A DNA stretch of 64,000 bases from Candidatus Poribacteria bacterium (GTDB taxonomy: Bacteria; Poribacteria; WGA-4E; JAJDTR01): assembly GCA_965222225.1 (NCBI GenBank), contig CBDCTK010000002.1, positions 5,088,001-5,152,000 on the forward strand, written 5' to 3'. Shown in pieces: positions 50,437-60,877 of this stretch (positions are counted from its first letter, which is position 1; every line of letters begins with the position of its first letter). The position numbers and the translations under genes are program-made. A model generated the notes under the pieces. The model had not been told where the DNA came from and ran no database searches. It saw nothing but the letters and a program-made list of their open reading frames with translations.

Positions 50437-51519
50437 TCAAGACGCTTTGCCCATCATTGCCCCCGGCTTACCGAAGTTTGTCCTAAGTTGGCCACAGGCA
50501 GCGGCGATGTCTTGTCCCTTGCTAAATCGGATGGGAGTGACGTGATGTCCGGGTGAAACGGTTTGACGAAAATGCTCAATGCGATTGAGTTCTGGACGAC
50601 GAAACTCCGAATCCTCAATCTCATTGAACGGGATAAGGTTCAGCTTGCACGGCAATCGGCTCATCAGTTTGCGGAGACGCTTCGCATCGGTGTCCGTGTC
50701 GTTCACATCACGGATTAGTACATATTCAAGCGTGGCTTTTCTCTTTGTTGCAAGCGCCCATTCTTTCGCGGCATCAAGCACCTCGTCAATGGGATATTTT
50801 TCGTTGATCGGTATTAGACGAGTCCTGACCGCATCCGTCGTGGCGTTAAGCGAAAGTGCCAAGTTACATTTCAACCCTTCTCTGGCGAATTCCCGCATCC
50901 GAGGAACAAGACCTACAGTCGAGATGGTGATTCGTTTCTCGGACAGTCCATAGCCATCCGGATTGGACAACAGACGCACCGATTTCAAAGTCTGTTCATA
51001 GTTGGCTAATGGCTCTCCCATGCCCATGAATACGATGTTTGTCACCGACTTGCCCTCGCTCAGATCCCTCTCAATAGCGGTGAATTGGTCTAAAATCTCG
51101 GACGCGCTCAAATTACGGAAAAATCCCATCTTCCCCGTTGCGCAAAAATCACAAGCCATAGCACACCCAACTTGCGAAGATATGCAAATCGTCGTACGTT
51201 CTTGGTCGTGCATTAAGACACTTTCAACCCTATCGCCGTTTGCCAGTTCAAACAAATACTTGGTGGCAACATCCGCGTCGGAGACAGTGCAGCGAGTGAC
51301 GCTTACTTCGCTAACGGAGGCCTCTGCTATGAGTTTTGTTCTGAAATTCTTGGGCAAATTGCTCATATGCTCGAAGTTCGACACACGTTTGCCATAGATC
51401 CATGAAGCGATTTGCGCCGCTCGATATTTTGGCTCGCCCCATCCCGTGACAAGTGCCTTTAATTCAGGCAGCGTTAGTCCCTTCAAATTGATTTTTTCCC
51501 GTGATTCAAAGGTTTCCAT
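50437..51519 (-). CDS. rlmN: Dual-specificity 23S rRNA/tRNA C2-methyltransferase RlmN
   Basis: CISSQVGCAMACDFCATG, MGMGEP, ITISTVG, EYVL, NLIPFN, IAAACGQL. Confidence 0.98.
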   Translation of the reverse strand: METFESREKINLKGLTLPELKALVTGWGEPKYRAAQIASWIYGKRVSNFEHMSNLPKNFRTKLIAEASVSEVSVTRCTVSDADVATKYLFELANGDRVESVLMHDQERTTICISSQVGCAMACDFCATGKMGFFRNLSASEILDQFTAIERDLSEGKSVTNIVFMGMGEPLANYEQTLKSVRLLSNPDGYGLSEKRITISTVGLVPRMREFAREGLKCNLALSLNATTDAVRTRLIPINEKYPIDEVLDAAKEWALATKRKATLEYVLIRDVNDTDTDAKRLRKLMSRLPCKLNLIPFNEIEDSEFRRPELNRIEHFRQTVSPGHHVTPIRFSKGQDIAAACGQLRTNFGKPGAMMGKAS

Positions 51520-51594
51520 CGATTTTTCGCCATTCGTGCGGCGTCCCTGCGTTTCCAGAGTATTTCATAGACAAATCGTGTCAGGAATGCTGTT

Positions 51595-53046
51595 TTATGG
51601 AGTTTCCAGTTTCTGCTTCAGAATCTGGTTGACCATCTGTGGATTTGCTTTCCCTTTGGTAGTTCTCATGACCTGGCCGACGAGAAAACCGATTGCCTTC
51701 TTCTTTCCATCCCTGTAATCCTGCGCCGACCCCGGATTGTCCACGATGACCTGATCGATAATCGCTTCGATTGCTGACGAATCAGAGATTTGTGCAAGCC
51801 CTTTCTCTTCAACAATCTGGCGCGGCGATTTGCCCGTTTCAAAAACTTCCGGGAGAACAGATTTGGCAATCTTTCCGCTGATTGTTTCGTCCTTGATTAG
51901 ATTGATAAGTTCGCTGAGATGTACTGGCGTGACTTTCGAATCTTGAATCTTAAGTCCAGCGCTGTTCAGCAACCCCGACAAGTCTCCCATAATCCAATTG
52001 CTGCTGGCTTTCGGATCGTGACTCAAGCGTGCGGTTTCGTCGAAAAACTCAGCCATCTGGCGTGTTGCTGTTAAAAACTCGGCGTCATAATCGGGAATTT
52101 GATACGCCGTAACAAAGCGTTTTCGCCGGGCTGCAGGCAACTCGGTCAACCCAGAACGAGTTGCCTCAATTCTTTCAGGACTAACATTGGTGCGCACGAG
52201 ATCCGGCTCGGGAAAATAGCGATAATCGTGAGCCTCCTCTTTGCTTCGCATCGGGAAAGTTCTGCCTGCATCAAGATCAAACAACAACGTTTCCTGATGA
52301 ATTTCGCCCCCGTCATCCAAAATACGTGCTTGGCGCTTTTCTTCGTATTTTAGTGCTGCCAAAACGTGTTGGAACGAGTTCTTGTTTTTCAATTCTGTGC
52401 GCGTTCCGAACTCTTGACTACCGATAGGGCGCAAAGAGATGTTGGCGTCGCATCGAAAGCTGCCCTCCTCCATATTGCAGTCGCTGATGTTTATATATTC
52501 GAGGATTTCCTTGACCGCGCGCCAATAGGCAATGGCTTCATCCGGCGATCTCAAATCCGGTTCGCTGACGATTTCGAGTAGCGGAACACAAGCACGGTTG
52601 AGATCTACATAACTCCGATTCGCGTTGCCTGTTACATCCGAGTGAACCAGCTTGCCTGCGTCCTCTTCCAAGTGAATCTGATGGATACGTGTCCGATGGG
52701 ATTCACCCTCAAATTCAAAGTCGACATAACCGTTTCGACCCAATGGGGCGTATTTTTGTGAAATCTGATACCCTTTCGGGAGGTCGGGATAGAAATAGTT
52801 CTTGCGATCAAACGTACAGGCGGGCGAAATCTCGCAGTTCATGGCTACCGCGGCGCGGAGTGCAAATTCGAACGCTCCCTCGTTCAAGACAGGCAATACA
52901 CCCGGCATTCCTAAACAGATAGGGCATGTTCGGGTGTTGGCTTCTGTGCCAAACGCAACCTCACAATTGCAAAAGAGTTTGGTTCTCGTATTTAGTTCGG
53001 CGTGAATCTCTAACCCAATTACGGTTTGGTATTTGGAGTCAGGCAT
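51595..53046 (-). CDS. gatB: Asp/Glu-tRNA amidotransferase subunit B
   Basis: IGLEIHAEL, RKNYFYPDLPKGYQISQ, EEDAGK, RSKEEAHDYRYFPEPDL, GQVM...GKANP. Confidence 0.99.
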   Translation of the reverse strand: MPDSKYQTVIGLEIHAELNTRTKLFCNCEVAFGTEANTRTCPICLGMPGVLPVLNEGAFEFALRAAVAMNCEISPACTFDRKNYFYPDLPKGYQISQKYAPLGRNGYVDFEFEGESHRTRIHQIHLEEDAGKLVHSDVTGNANRSYVDLNRACVPLLEIVSEPDLRSPDEAIAYWRAVKEILEYINISDCNMEEGSFRCDANISLRPIGSQEFGTRTELKNKNSFQHVLAALKYEEKRQARILDDGGEIHQETLLFDLDAGRTFPMRSKEEAHDYRYFPEPDLVRTNVSPERIEATRSGLTELPAARRKRFVTAYQIPDYDAEFLTATRQMAEFFDETARLSHDPKASSNWIMGDLSGLLNSAGLKIQDSKVTPVHLSELINLIKDETISGKIAKSVLPEVFETGKSPRQIVEEKGLAQISDSSAIEAIIDQVIVDNPGSAQDYRDGKKKAIGFLVGQVMRTTKGKANPQMVNQILKQKLETP

Positions 53047-53093
53047 GTTTTATTCCTACGAATCTTGCAAATTAAGCGGACATCTTTCTATTA

Positions 53094-54065
53094 ACCAATG
53101 GTGCTAGTTTGAAATTTGGAGGTTAATAAGCATAACATTCCCTTTTGGCTTTGCTTTAACGCGAAAGGTATCAGGGCATGAGACGATTTCCTCGATTCTA
53201 CCGTTAATTTGAGTATCGGTAGCTATCAAATAACGGGAGGAAATCTAGACTCATGACCATAGTAGATTTTATCACAGAACTGTTTTGTTGTGTTGATGAT
53301 AAACTCTCACAGCACGGTAAAAACCATAAGCATAGCCAAGCCAAACTTTATCCGTCTGAAGTGGTTATCATTGCCATGCTCTTTGCGCTCAAGGGTGTGG
53401 GTAATCGAGCCTCCTATCGCTGGATAGCGAACAATTTCAAATCCTTATTTCCGAAGTTACCCGAGCGTACCCGATTGTTCCGCTTATTCGACGGGCATCA
53501 ACATCTCATTGACGTTTTTATGGCGAATCCTTCGCTTATCGGTGGAATTGACACGTACGGTATTGAATTGATTCACCCGCGCCGAGAAGGGCGCTCTAAA
53601 CGTCAAATCGGACGCAAAGGCATTTCCAACCAACGATGGATTGTAGGTGGAAAACTTTGCTTGCTACACAATCATCTCGGACTGATTGTCAACTGGGACT
53701 GCGACACTGCCAATGTACATGATGGGAGTGCCTTCCAACATCTCGTTGATGGGGTCAGTGACCAGATGGTTGTTTTTGCCGATGTAAATTTCGCCAAAGC
53801 GGATTGGTTCCCTTCCAACTTGCGTCTGTGCCGACGTGGCGAGTGGAATTCTCGGATGCTGGTAGAAACGATTTTGTCCATGTTGACGCTAGTGTGCCAT
53901 TTTAAGAAAGTCATACACCGTCGTTGGAGTTACTTCAAAACGCGAGTCGGCTTTACAATGGCTTTGTTCAATCTCTTGGTACAGTGGAATGGATTGTCGA
54001 TTGACGACGATGGCTTTGTGCCTCTGTCAATAGCTCAATTCAGTCTCTAAACTAGCACCAAAGGT
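53094..54065 (+). mobile_element. IS982-family insertion sequence
   Basis: TIRs ACCAATGGTGCTAGTTT (53094-53110)/AAACTAGCACCAAAGGT (54049-54065); 5-bp TSD TATTA (53089-53093, 54066-54070). Confidence 0.9.
53253..54050 (+). CDS. IS982-family DDE transposase
   Basis: FCCVDD, KLYPSEV, FPKLPERTRLFR, IDT, GGKL, ANVHD, FAD, RMLVET; uninterrupted 265 aa. Confidence 0.88.
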   Translation: MTIVDFITELFCCVDDKLSQHGKNHKHSQAKLYPSEVVIIAMLFALKGVGNRASYRWIANNFKSLFPKLPERTRLFRLFDGHQHLIDVFMANPSLIGGIDTYGIELIHPRREGRSKRQIGRKGISNQRWIVGGKLCLLHNHLGLIVNWDCDTANVHDGSAFQHLVDGVSDQMVVFADVNFAKADWFPSNLRLCRRGEWNSRMLVETILSMLTLVCHFKKVIHRRWSYFKTRVGFTMALFNLLVQWNGLSIDDDGFVPLSIAQFSL

Positions 54066-54232
54066 TATTATGTTTCTCTATGTTGGGATTTTAAGGTCAA
54101 AGGGCATTTTTTTCAGCCTATTTTGAAACGGCAGGTCCGAAACCTGCTGAGATGATATTCTCCTATATAGCTCAACCACACCGCAGCGAGTCAACGTGAA
54201 CGCCTATCTCTTCGCCTCTGGTAAGAGAGTTG

Positions 54233-54673
54233 CTAGTCAACGGAATCATTCAAACCCTCGTAAAGCGCCTGTGCAAACCCTTCAGAATCGTCTGTCCTGA
54301 TTCGGCACGTTTTGCCATTTTTCATGGTAAGTTCAATTGCCGAGAAACCGGAGATATTGTAGAGCCACCCTCGCGGCGTATATCGAATCCCCCAGCCATA
54401 GTACCAAGGATTCTTGACCTGCGCGTAACTCTCAACGTCACTTAACTGAATGCGTTTACGGATAACTCCAACCCCGAATTGAACGGTAATCACCCCTTCG
54501 CCGACCCTTACCGTCAACGTCGCGAAAAACACCAGAACTACCAGCATGACAATCAATCCGATTAAGGCATACGGTTCGGATCCTATGACTGTCAAGTAGC
54601 CCATAAACAGGATAACTGCGCTATACAAGATGACATGTACGTAACCAACTTGAGTATGTTTGTATTCTTTCAT
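54233..54673 (-). CDS. Hypothetical two-TM membrane protein with PH-like C-terminus
   Basis: YKHTQ, two TM helices, PWYYGWGIR...WLYNISG, RIRTDD. Confidence 0.8.
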   Translation of the reverse strand: MKEYKHTQVGYVHVILYSAVILFMGYLTVIGSEPYALIGLIVMLVVLVFFATLTVRVGEGVITVQFGVGVIRKRIQLSDVESYAQVKNPWYYGWGIRYTPRGWLYNISGFSAIELTMKNGKTCRIRTDDSEGFAQALYEGLNDSVD

Positions 54674-54728
54674 CAGTTCTCGTCTCTTGTCCTCTGTCCC
54701 TGCTCCCGGCGTCAAAGCGTGTGGCTGT

Positions 54729-55833
54729 TCAGAGCAGAATCATCCCGCGTGCGACCATTCCTTCCAGCATATCGTTGAATGCGGTATTCACTTCCTCCAA
54801 CCGATAAGTTTGTGTGATTAATTCATCCAGTTTGAGGACACCGGCGCGATACAGCGCTAGCAGACGTGGCATATCGTATCGAGACCGAGATGAACCGTAA
54901 CAACAGCCTTTGACCGTTTTCTCGCCCCAGAACACCACCCCCGAGTCAAGGGATAGTGGCTCGCGTGGAGGTGCGCCCACCCAGACAGCAGTTCCCCCAT
55001 TCCGTATAGCGTACAACACTTGCTCGTAGGTCGTGCGCGTGCCAATCGCTTCAAACGCATACTCGACCCCTAACCCATCCGTCAGGGCATGAATTTCCTC
55101 TATCGGATCAACTTCGTCCGCATTAACCGTATGTGTGGCGCCGAACTCCCGCGCAAATGCCAGTTTCGACTCCAGCAGATCGACAGCAATGATTTTCTCC
55201 GCGCCAGCAATTGCAGCCCCTTGAATCACATTCAAACCGATGCCGCCTGCACCAAACACGGCGACACTACTACCGGGACGCACCTGTGCGGTATTGGTGG
55301 CGGCACACACCCCCCGTCGTAACGTTGCAACCAATCAGCGCAGCCTTGTCCAATGGGATATCCCGATCGATGGGCGCTGCACAGGTTTCAGGAATCACAC
55401 TGTACTCGGCGAAAGAAGCCACCGTTGCGAAATGATGAATAGATTTCCCGTTTTTCTTGTAACGCGTTGTGCCGTCCGGAAGGAATCCCTCCTTCTTTTG
55501 TCTTGCCGTTAAGCAAAGATTGGAGCGGCCTTGGACGCAATAAATGCAATGTCCGCAGGAGTCCATCCACGAAAGAATGACGTGGTCGCCAGGTTTAACT
55601 AACGTGACCCCGTTACCGACCTATTCAACCACTCCTGCGCCTTCATCGCCTAGTACCGTTGGCAAGGGGGGCTTAAGCAATCCGGTGACAACGTGATAGT
55701 AACTATGACATACACCTGTTGCCGCCATTTTGACGAGCACCTCCCCCTCTTTCGGAGCTTCCATCTCAATATCTTCAACGACAACCGGTTGGTTCGGTGC
55801 GTACAAGACCGCAGCTTTCATGCTTTCTCCCAT
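54729..55833 (-). pseudogene. Zn-dependent alcohol dehydrogenase (class III-like), nonsense + frameshift
   Basis: GVCHS, CGHCIYC...C, FGAGGIG; in-frame TAG at 55621-55623 and an extra base in the C6 run 55310-55315; GHE motif altered to GDE. Confidence 0.9.
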
Positions 55834-56080
55834 GGCGTTTAGCCCCGACGTCGAATATCACGTAGGAACGGCGCGAATTCAACGTCTATATTCCCTCTCA
55901 AAAAAGAGCCTGTAGACCGTTTTGCTAACCTTGAAGAATACAATAGCGTTATTCCATCGCGGGCTATCTCAGCGACTCATTTTACCTGTCTTCCACTAAT
56001 CAGTCAATGAGAATCTCTGTTTGACTCCAGCTTTGAATTCCGCTATAATCAAGTAAATCCAAATTTTATGGGGGTACTTA

Positions 56081-56368
56081 ATGGCAACCAAGAAACTGAC
56101 GAATTCGGAGATTGAGACACACTTGGCAGGCGTCGCAGGTTGGACTATTGAGGGTGGTAAGTTACACAAGCAGTTCCAATTTGAATCTTTCGTTCAAGCC
56201 TTCGGTTTCATGACGAGCCTTGCCCTGATAGCCGAATCAATGAACCATCACCCGGAGTGGTTCAACGTCTATAACCGCGTCACAATTGACCTCATGACGC
56301 ATGACGTAGGCGGCATCAGTGAGTTGGACTTTCAGTTGGCGAAGGCGGCTGATGCCTTGGCGGGTTGA
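56081..56368 (+). CDS. phhB: Pterin-4-alpha-carbinolamine dehydratase
   Basis: [24 protein letters not shown]; upstream TTGACT-17-TATAAT promoter. Confidence 0.96.
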   Translation: MATKKLTNSEIETHLAGVAGWTIEGGKLHKQFQFESFVQAFGFMTSLALIAESMNHHPEWFNVYNRVTIDLMTHDVGGISELDFQLAKAADALAG

Positions 56369-56384
56369 AACACCGATTCGGAGG

Positions 56385-57491
56385 CTACTTTCCAAGCATC
56401 TGGATGACTGCCGCTGCTGCAACCTCGGTATCACATAAAGATCTGATTGGTGCGTGTTGTTCCGTTAAAATCTGACGGATGTGCTTCTCTACGGCTTCAA
56501 TACTGTACCATCCGACCGAGGCGTGACGCATGATCTCGGGGTAGACGCGGAATCGCTTGGGTCGGCGTCGAGTTTTGTGGTCAATCGGGACGATGAAGGC
56601 GCGGCGTCCGCTGCTGGCGGCTTCGCAAACCATTGAAAAGCTGTCTTCGGTGACAAGAATCAGATCCGATAGCGCGAGGATCGCTTCAACAGGATTGGGG
56701 ATGGGACTTTCTCTGTCCGCCAACACCAAGATAGGGGAGAGGTCGGAATCCGATAGGCGTTGGCAGATTAACTCGGTCACTGCGGGCGGGGTGCGGCGCG
56801 AGGTGGTCAACAGAATCTGACAGTTGAGTTTTCCGCTGACCCCTTCTAAGTCGTTTATTAACCGCGTTGCTGTTGGCACGGTGATGGTATCGTAGCGGTC
56901 CTCACCGCCGATTAGGACACCAATTCTTGGGCGGTTCGGCACATTCAACTCCATCTGCAACTGTCTGCGCCGCGCATTTAGCTTGTCTTTGGAGACAGGA
57001 TTAGGGACGCCGATTGTCTTGCAGACGTGTTTTTTCTCTCGGCGGGGCCAATTCTCCTGCGGGAGTATGGCTAAATCGAAGTGGATTGTGCCCATGGGGG
57101 ATGGACGACGGCAGGTCACGCTCTTCGCACCGAAGAATTGCCCGAGAAGTAGGTTGATCGACGCTACGGAAGAACCGGTCGAGAGGACAAAATCTGCCTG
57201 TTTCGAGGCGAATATTTGGTTGAACGTCTCCGGTCGCAGCCCGGTGCGGAGTAACTGCTTTATAAACCAATGGGGTAGTTGAAAACCTCCGAGCAAGCAG
57301 ATTAGCAGTCGAAGAAAATTGTCGTGCCGCTTGCTGCGGAATTTGACGATTATCCACTGTGGACGGCACGCATTAAGACGCTGTATTACGCCGAGAGATT
57401 GGTTTGCGTGCCCCGCTTTGCCGTCACTGAGTACAATCGCGTCGAAAACCTTTTCCGCAACACCTATGTCTTCTGATTGCCCGTTTTCCAT
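56385..57491 (-). CDS. ELM1/GtrOC1-family putative glycosyltransferase
   Basis: LSDGKAGHANQSLG, FDLAILP, VLIGG, TTSRRTP, VTEDSFSMVCEA. Confidence 0.88.
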   Translation of the reverse strand: MENGQSEDIGVAEKVFDAIVLSDGKAGHANQSLGVIQRLNACRPQWIIVKFRSKRHDNFLRLLICLLGGFQLPHWFIKQLLRTGLRPETFNQIFASKQADFVLSTGSSVASINLLLGQFFGAKSVTCRRPSPMGTIHFDLAILPQENWPRREKKHVCKTIGVPNPVSKDKLNARRRQLQMELNVPNRPRIGVLIGGEDRYDTITVPTATRLINDLEGVSGKLNCQILLTTSRRTPPAVTELICQRLSDSDLSPILVLADRESPIPNPVEAILALSDLILVTEDSFSMVCEAASSGRRAFIVPIDHKTRRRPKRFRVYPEIMRHASVGWYSIEAVEKHIRQILTEQHAPIRSLCDTEVAAAAVIQMLGK

Positions 57492-57598
57492 TGTGAAGAT
57501 TTGTCGCTGGGTGGCGGTCCTCCTGCGTACAATCCGTGATGTAATTCCTGTCCCTGCTTCTATTTCACCTATCGCTGAGTTCGTATCAACGGCTGCCG

Positions 57599-58399
57599 CT
57601 ACTCTGCGATAGTATACTCAATCAATTCGGTAATCCCGTCTTCGTCCTCGATTTTCACCATTCCGACATCGGGCGCTAGCCAAATGTTCTGCACTTCGGT
57701 GCGGAGTAGTTCCTCCTCTTCCTCATTGACGACCGCCGTAACTTTGGAATCGTACTGGATTTTGAAACAGTCGTCGAACGTACCCGCCGGGGTTTCGACG
57801 GGTTCCAAGCGAGTGACAATCCCCGTGTTCACCCAATTGAGTTCAAACGGAAGAATGAAATTGCCCTGATCTCGGAAGACGACGTTTCCGGACGCCCTCA
57901 TATTGATGACTTCCCACTGAATACCGCGGGCGGGCGGAATGCGAAAAAAGATGAGTTCCTCTTGAGAAACTGCGTTCACATTAATCTTGATGTCTCCAAA
58001 CTCCTGATAACTTTCTCGAAGAAAATCCGCCAAATCTTCCTTGTAGGCTCGATCAATCTCATCTCCGACAAAGAAAAGGACACGATTTCGAGTTATCCGG
58101 TACGAAGGAGTCTTGAGGAAGTTAAATCGCGCGTCTTCGATTGGGGGATCGTAATTGAAGACGTGATAAAGGTGCAGACCAATCTCTGCGGTTTCCGTGA
58201 CTTCGCGCGCCCACTCAAAACCATCCGGGTTCCGGTAAACCCATCGACTCCCAATCGCATTTGGGTAGTAGTTGGGCGGTTCCTCGACAGGTCTTACGAC
58301 ACTTACCCTTGTTATGCCCTCTTCTCCATCTCCGCATCCAATAATCATGAACAGAAGAATCGGAATGCACAGCGTTCCGCGCAACAGTCGATTGCACAT
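57599..58399 (-). CDS. Hypothetical lipoprotein (paralog A)
   Basis: Lipobox IIGC; NYYP...GSRWVY, VETPAGTF, WLAPDVGMVK. Confidence 0.85.
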   Translation of the reverse strand: MCNRLLRGTLCIPILLFMIIGCGDGEEGITRVSVVRPVEEPPNYYPNAIGSRWVYRNPDGFEWAREVTETAEIGLHLYHVFNYDPPIEDARFNFLKTPSYRITRNRVLFFVGDEIDRAYKEDLADFLRESYQEFGDIKINVNAVSQEELIFFRIPPARGIQWEVINMRASGNVVFRDQGNFILPFELNWVNTGIVTRLEPVETPAGTFDDCFKIQYDSKVTAVVNEEEEELLRTEVQNIWLAPDVGMVKIEDEDGITELIEYTIAE

Positions 58400-58515
58400 A
58401 TTATCTCTTCCCTCCTAATGTCGATTGAGGAATGTTCTCGGTGTGCTTGGGATTGGAGAGATAGGTCGCGTCACTTCGCAGACTTGTCAATGTACAACTA
58501 CCAATTATCTACCAA

Positions 58516-59385
58516 TTATCTTTCTTCTGCAAGATGGTACTCAGTCAATTCTGCCGTTGTCTCCGCGCCCTGTATCTTTACCGGTCCCACCCCTGGCGCT
58601 AACCACACCGTTTCCAACATTAAGTTCGGCGATAGGTGCGAAAACGCGGCTTCCAACTCTTCGCGGAGTGGTTTTTCACGATCTCGCCATAAATCCTCCC
58701 ATATTTCGCGGCCTCGCTCGTCGGTTCCCCACTTGAATTCAACAGATGTTTTCGTCTCGTACTGGATTTTAAGGCAGCCCTCAAAGCTGCCAGCGGGTGT
58801 TTCTACGGATTCATGGAGGCCCGCTGAACCTAATATTACCCAGTTGGCTTCAAATGAGTGTTTGAAACCGCCAAAGCCTTCACCTCCTCTTAGACTGATA
58901 TTAAGCGCGTCCCATCTCAAGCCGGCGGAAAGCGGAAGGCGAAGCACCGTTAATTCGCCTTCCGAGACAATTTTTGTCTTGTAGAAGTCCAGATAGAATC
59001 CGTCAACTTGCTGGATTGCTTGCCTGATGGCGTCATCAATCTCGTTTTCAACCAGAAGGAGAAGACGGTTGGGAGCTATGGCATAAGCAGGAGTTTTGAG
59101 AAACTCAATTTGAGCATCGTCTAATGGCGGAGTATAGTTGAAGACACGGTAGAGATGTAATCCGATTTCCATGGTATCCTTAACTTCGCGCACCCACTCA
59201 TAACCGTCAAGATTTCGGTAAACCCATCGGCTGCCAACGGTCATGGGAAAGTAATTGGGAGCGAGCTGGTCGGGTTTTACGCCATCCACGGTCTCTGTCG
59301 AGGTTTCCTCTCCTCCTCCACACCCGAAAGTCAGCAAGAGGACTAACGGCGGGACAACCACTCTGAAAAACCGGCACATGGACAT
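58516..59385 (-). CDS. Hypothetical lipoprotein (paralog B)
   Basis: Lipobox TFGC; NYFP...GSRWVY, VETPAGSF, WLAPGVGPVK; GGAGG RBS before ATG59385. Confidence 0.85.
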   Translation of the reverse strand: MSMCRFFRVVVPPLVLLLTFGCGGGEETSTETVDGVKPDQLAPNYFPMTVGSRWVYRNLDGYEWVREVKDTMEIGLHLYRVFNYTPPLDDAQIEFLKTPAYAIAPNRLLLLVENEIDDAIRQAIQQVDGFYLDFYKTKIVSEGELTVLRLPLSAGLRWDALNISLRGGEGFGGFKHSFEANWVILGSAGLHESVETPAGSFEGCLKIQYETKTSVEFKWGTDERGREIWEDLWRDREKPLREELEAAFSHLSPNLMLETVWLAPGVGPVKIQGAETTAELTEYHLAEER

Positions 59386-59443
59386 TTTTACCTCCCTTGG
59401 ACAGTAGTTCATATTGCCCCCGATCAAAATAGAGCGCATCTTC

Positions 59444-60877
59444 TCAATTCCGGGAGACAGATTTGCTTTCTCTGCTCAATCGTGCCCGCAACTGCTCCAA
59501 TTTTGGGCTTAATGTAACAGAGTATTCTTCACCATCGGTTAGCGCCTGGTGGCGCGCGGGAAGTTTTGATAACTCCTCTGTTGCTCTGACTTGCAATTCC
59601 GTGACGGTAGGGAAATGGTAGACTAATTCCCCTTCACGCAGAATCGGCACAAGCAACGCTTCCCCTTCTTGAGGAGATTCATCCCACAAGCTGATCACAT
59701 CCCTTTCGTAACAGCCGTCGGCATCGTGGAAACGAAATACCTGCTTCCTTCCGGGTAAAGTCGATTTCCCCGGCTCGTCGCTAAGTTTCATTGTGGGAGT
59801 TACTTCAATCCCGTCAATACGCTCGACATGCTTATAAACGCCGGGCAATGCGGACACCCCGCCTTCACCCGTTAGTGGATTGAAGTTTGCGCCGGTCGCT
59901 AGCCGTGTCCCGATGCCGAACCCGTCAATCGGCGCATTCTGGTGCCTAAGTTGGTTGATTTTGAATTCGTCAAGGTCTCCGCTGGCAAAGATTTTAACAT
60001 AAAAAAGTCCTGCTGCATCAAGTATCGCTCGTACCTCTTGACTGAGCCTTAAGAGGTTACCGCTGTCAAGCCGCACCCCTTTCAAACGATAACCCTGCGT
60101 TTCCATCTCCTTTCCTACGAGGCACGCGGTTTTCGCCCCCTGAATCGTGTCATACGTGTCGATGAGCAACACCGTATTGTGTGGAAAGGATTTGGCGTAG
60201 GCGCGGAACGCTTCTAATTCAGTCGGTCGGTCCAGGATGAACTTGTGCGCGACTGTCCCAACACAGGGAATATCGAAATACCTCCCTGCAATAACCAAGG
60301 AAGTTCCCGCCACGCCGCCGATAAACGACGCTCGCGCCGCCAGAATGCCCGCGTCGCGCCCGTGCGCCCGCCGCGCGCCGAAATCAAAACATACACCGCC
60401 GCGCGCCGCGCGAATCATTCGCGAAGTCTTTGTCGCAATCAGTATTTGGAAATTCATGACGCTCAGGAGGTAGGTCTCGAACATCTGAACATCAATTGTT
60501 GGTCCAGTGATATTAATCAACGGCTCATTCGCAAAAACGGGAGTGCCCTCGGGGACGGCGTAGATGTCACCACCAAACTTGAAATGACGCAGATAGTCAA
60601 CAATATCATCGTCCATATCCTGCGCCATTTGACTCTCCCGAAGCCACGTCAGGTCGGCATCGGTGAAACGAAGGTTCAAGATGTAGTGAACGACTTGCTC
60701 CAGCCCGGCAACGATTAGATAGTGTCCCTGTGGAATTGAGCGCACGAAGTAATTCGCGGTACAAATCGCATTGTTTCCGTCATTGATGTCCGCCTGCGCC
60801 ATTGTCAGTTCATAAAAATCGGCATACAGTGCCATCTGCGATTCACTTAGAAGTGCGGATTTGGGAGGGGGATTCAT
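59444..60877 (-). CDS. pncB: Nicotinate phosphoribosyltransferase
   Basis: DFYELTM, DFGARRAHG, GTVAH, LIDTYD, VRLDSG, ASGDLDE, FGIGT, KLSD...KSTLPG. Confidence 0.97.
   Translation of the reverse strand: MNPPPKSALLSESQMALYADFYELTMAQADINDGNNAICTANYFVRSIPQGHYLIVAGLEQVVHYILNLRFTDADLTWLRESQMAQDMDDDIVDYLRHFKFGGDIYAVPEGTPVFANEPLINITGPTIDVQMFETYLLSVMNFQILIATKTSRMIRAARGGVCFDFGARRAHGRDAGILAARASFIGGVAGTSLVIAGRYFDIPCVGTVAHKFILDRPTELEAFRAYAKSFPHNTVLLIDTYDTIQGAKTACLVGKEMETQGYRLKGVRLDSGNLLRLSQEVRAILDAAGLFYVKIFASGDLDEFKINQLRHQNAPIDGFGIGTRLATGANFNPLTGEGGVSALPGVYKHVERIDGIEVTPTMKLSDEPGKSTLPGRKQVFRFHDADGCYERDVISLWDESPQEGEALLVPILREGELVYHFPTVTELQVRATEELSKLPARHQALTDGEEYSVTLSPKLEQLRARLSRESKSVSRN

Noticed and set aside
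55621-55623. Amber read-through (pyrrolysine or alternative code) in the ADH gene
   Set aside because: The same gene has a frameshift and degraded Zn motifs; TAG is a normal stop in intact genes such as folP; no pyl genes are seen.
57962-58984. 340-aa plus-strand ORF
   Set aside because: Antisense shadow across two well-supported paralogous lipoprotein genes; Ser/Arg-rich and motif-free.
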